Positions 62,934 through 64,000 of a DNA stretch of 64,000 nt are shown here, piece by piece. Numbering within the stretch: the stretch's first letter is position 1; each line of letters opens with the position of its first letter. The stretch comes from Utricularia gibba (taxonomy: Eukaryota > Plantae > Magnoliophyta), in contig CM007991.1 of NCBI GenBank assembly GCA_002189035.1, positions 1,798,001 to 1,862,000 of the forward strand, read 5' to 3'. The translations under genes were made by a program, and so were the position numbers. The notes beneath the pieces were generated by a model. That model saw nothing but the letters and a program-made list of their open reading frames with translations, ran no database searches and was not told the DNA's origin.

Positions 62934-64000
62934 ATGGCTGATGTCGCTCCTTCGGCGGATCGTATCCCTTTCTGCGTGTTTGTTGCCTTTTATGTTTGCT
63001 TTTGCCTAAGCTTTGACTCGTTTCATCTTTGTCGGCGTCCTTCGTGTGTGTTCCTTGGTGGTAGATCTAGCATCCTGAATGTGGTACCTGGGTGATGCCT
63101 GTATTTTTTCGTATTGACTACTTGCCTCTAGATCTTTTTAGCTAGTGTTGTAGGGGAGGTACGAGGGACGGCGTTTAGATTTGATTTGATGTTTACTGCT
63201 GCAAAAGACTGGCTTCAGCAACTGACGGATGCCAATATAGATGATACATCTATCATGTTTGTGTGCATGTGGCATTACTGGGGGCTGGAATTAAACGAGT
63301 TTGTACCGGGATTTGTGCTTCCTGAAACACATATTTGAGCTTTATAGACGCTTTGGTGCAATTTGTTGATTGCCTAAATAGTTTTCTTGTTTCTGAACGT
63401 CGTGTATGTTAAGGTATGTGTTTTCATAATGAATTCCTTAACTGAATGGTTTAGAAACTGTAGACATGCTACAGAAAATGTCATTAGATTCACGAGCTAA
63501 CCCAATAGACGTTCCTGAATCAACAAAGGTATGGTTTTTGGGTATGTCTGTTTAGCACTGGGATTATAGCCAGCGATTCTCGTGGCTGGGTTATTAAGTT
63601 TGACGATTCTCTTGCAGCTTTCAGTTGATTCCAACAATATTGCTAGTGGGGTTCGGTCAGATCGATCTACAACACCCCTCTTGCCTGATATAACGGATCC
63701 AACTGTGTGCTACCATCCGAATAGTTACACCCCACCTGGGTGCTACTACGGAGGTAAATTCATGTTTTTTTTAGGAGTGCTTTGCCTGTTTTCAAGAAGT
63801 TAGGCAGAACTGAATTAATCTCTGTGATGCAGGCTATGATGGTTCTGACTGGGATATGGTAAGATTCATGAGTCCTGATGGCGTGACTGCCTATGGGGAA
63901 GGTGCTCCTCTTGTGTACCACCCTGGGTATAGCTACAGTCATTATCCTCCATATTCACCTGGTGCTGCTTCTATGGTTCCGACACTCGCACATGATGGTC
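62934..64000 (+). CDS. YTH-domain m6A reader of the ECT2/3-like group, N-terminal part (3'-partial)
   Basis: MADVAPSAD / MLQKMSLDS / RSTTPLLP...DPTVCYHPN.Y...YYGGYDG / ...YPPYSPG...PT..HDG matches the ECT N-terminal exon pattern. The YTH domain itself lies beyond the window. Confidence 0.8.

Overview
Plant (probably eudicot) nuclear DNA, very gene-dense: about 31 gene loci in 64 kb, mostly 55-130 nt introns, short AT-rich spacers and no recognisable transposon coding sequence. This fits a miniature genome such as Utricularia/Genlisea (inference only). In order: strictosidine synthase-like (5'-partial), B3/DUF313-like copy 1, YABBY zinc-finger-only gene, B3-like copy 2, dCTP pyrophosphatase, STOMAGEN/EPFL9, DHDPS, a CYBDOM plus two AIR12-like DOMON genes, BUB3-like, PUB9-like U-box/ARM, RPS8, plastid DnaJ, NTF2-RRM (G3BP-like), At3g25130-like protein, wound-induced basic protein, At4g13040-like AP2, a small acidic ORF, RIN4-like, UBA-PUB protein, DedA/VTT protein, LPAT2, cytochrome b5, DUF538, F-box/kelch, TAF7 pseudogene, shortened IQM, alpha-tubulin pseudogene, neprosin-domain protein and an ECT/YTH gene (3'-partial). 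Fourteen frameshifts in ten otherwise intact genes are each repaired by adding one base to a G/C run, which most likely reflects consensus error in the assembly. Items most worth follow-up: the truncated YABBY with a Cys-rich tail, a hairpin-rich intergenic island with telomeric repeats, microhomology-type deletions in TAF7/IQM/tubulin, and a RIN4 with a degenerate AvrRpt2 site. No CRISPR, tRNA or rRNA was seen, and I cannot claim a confirmed novel system.
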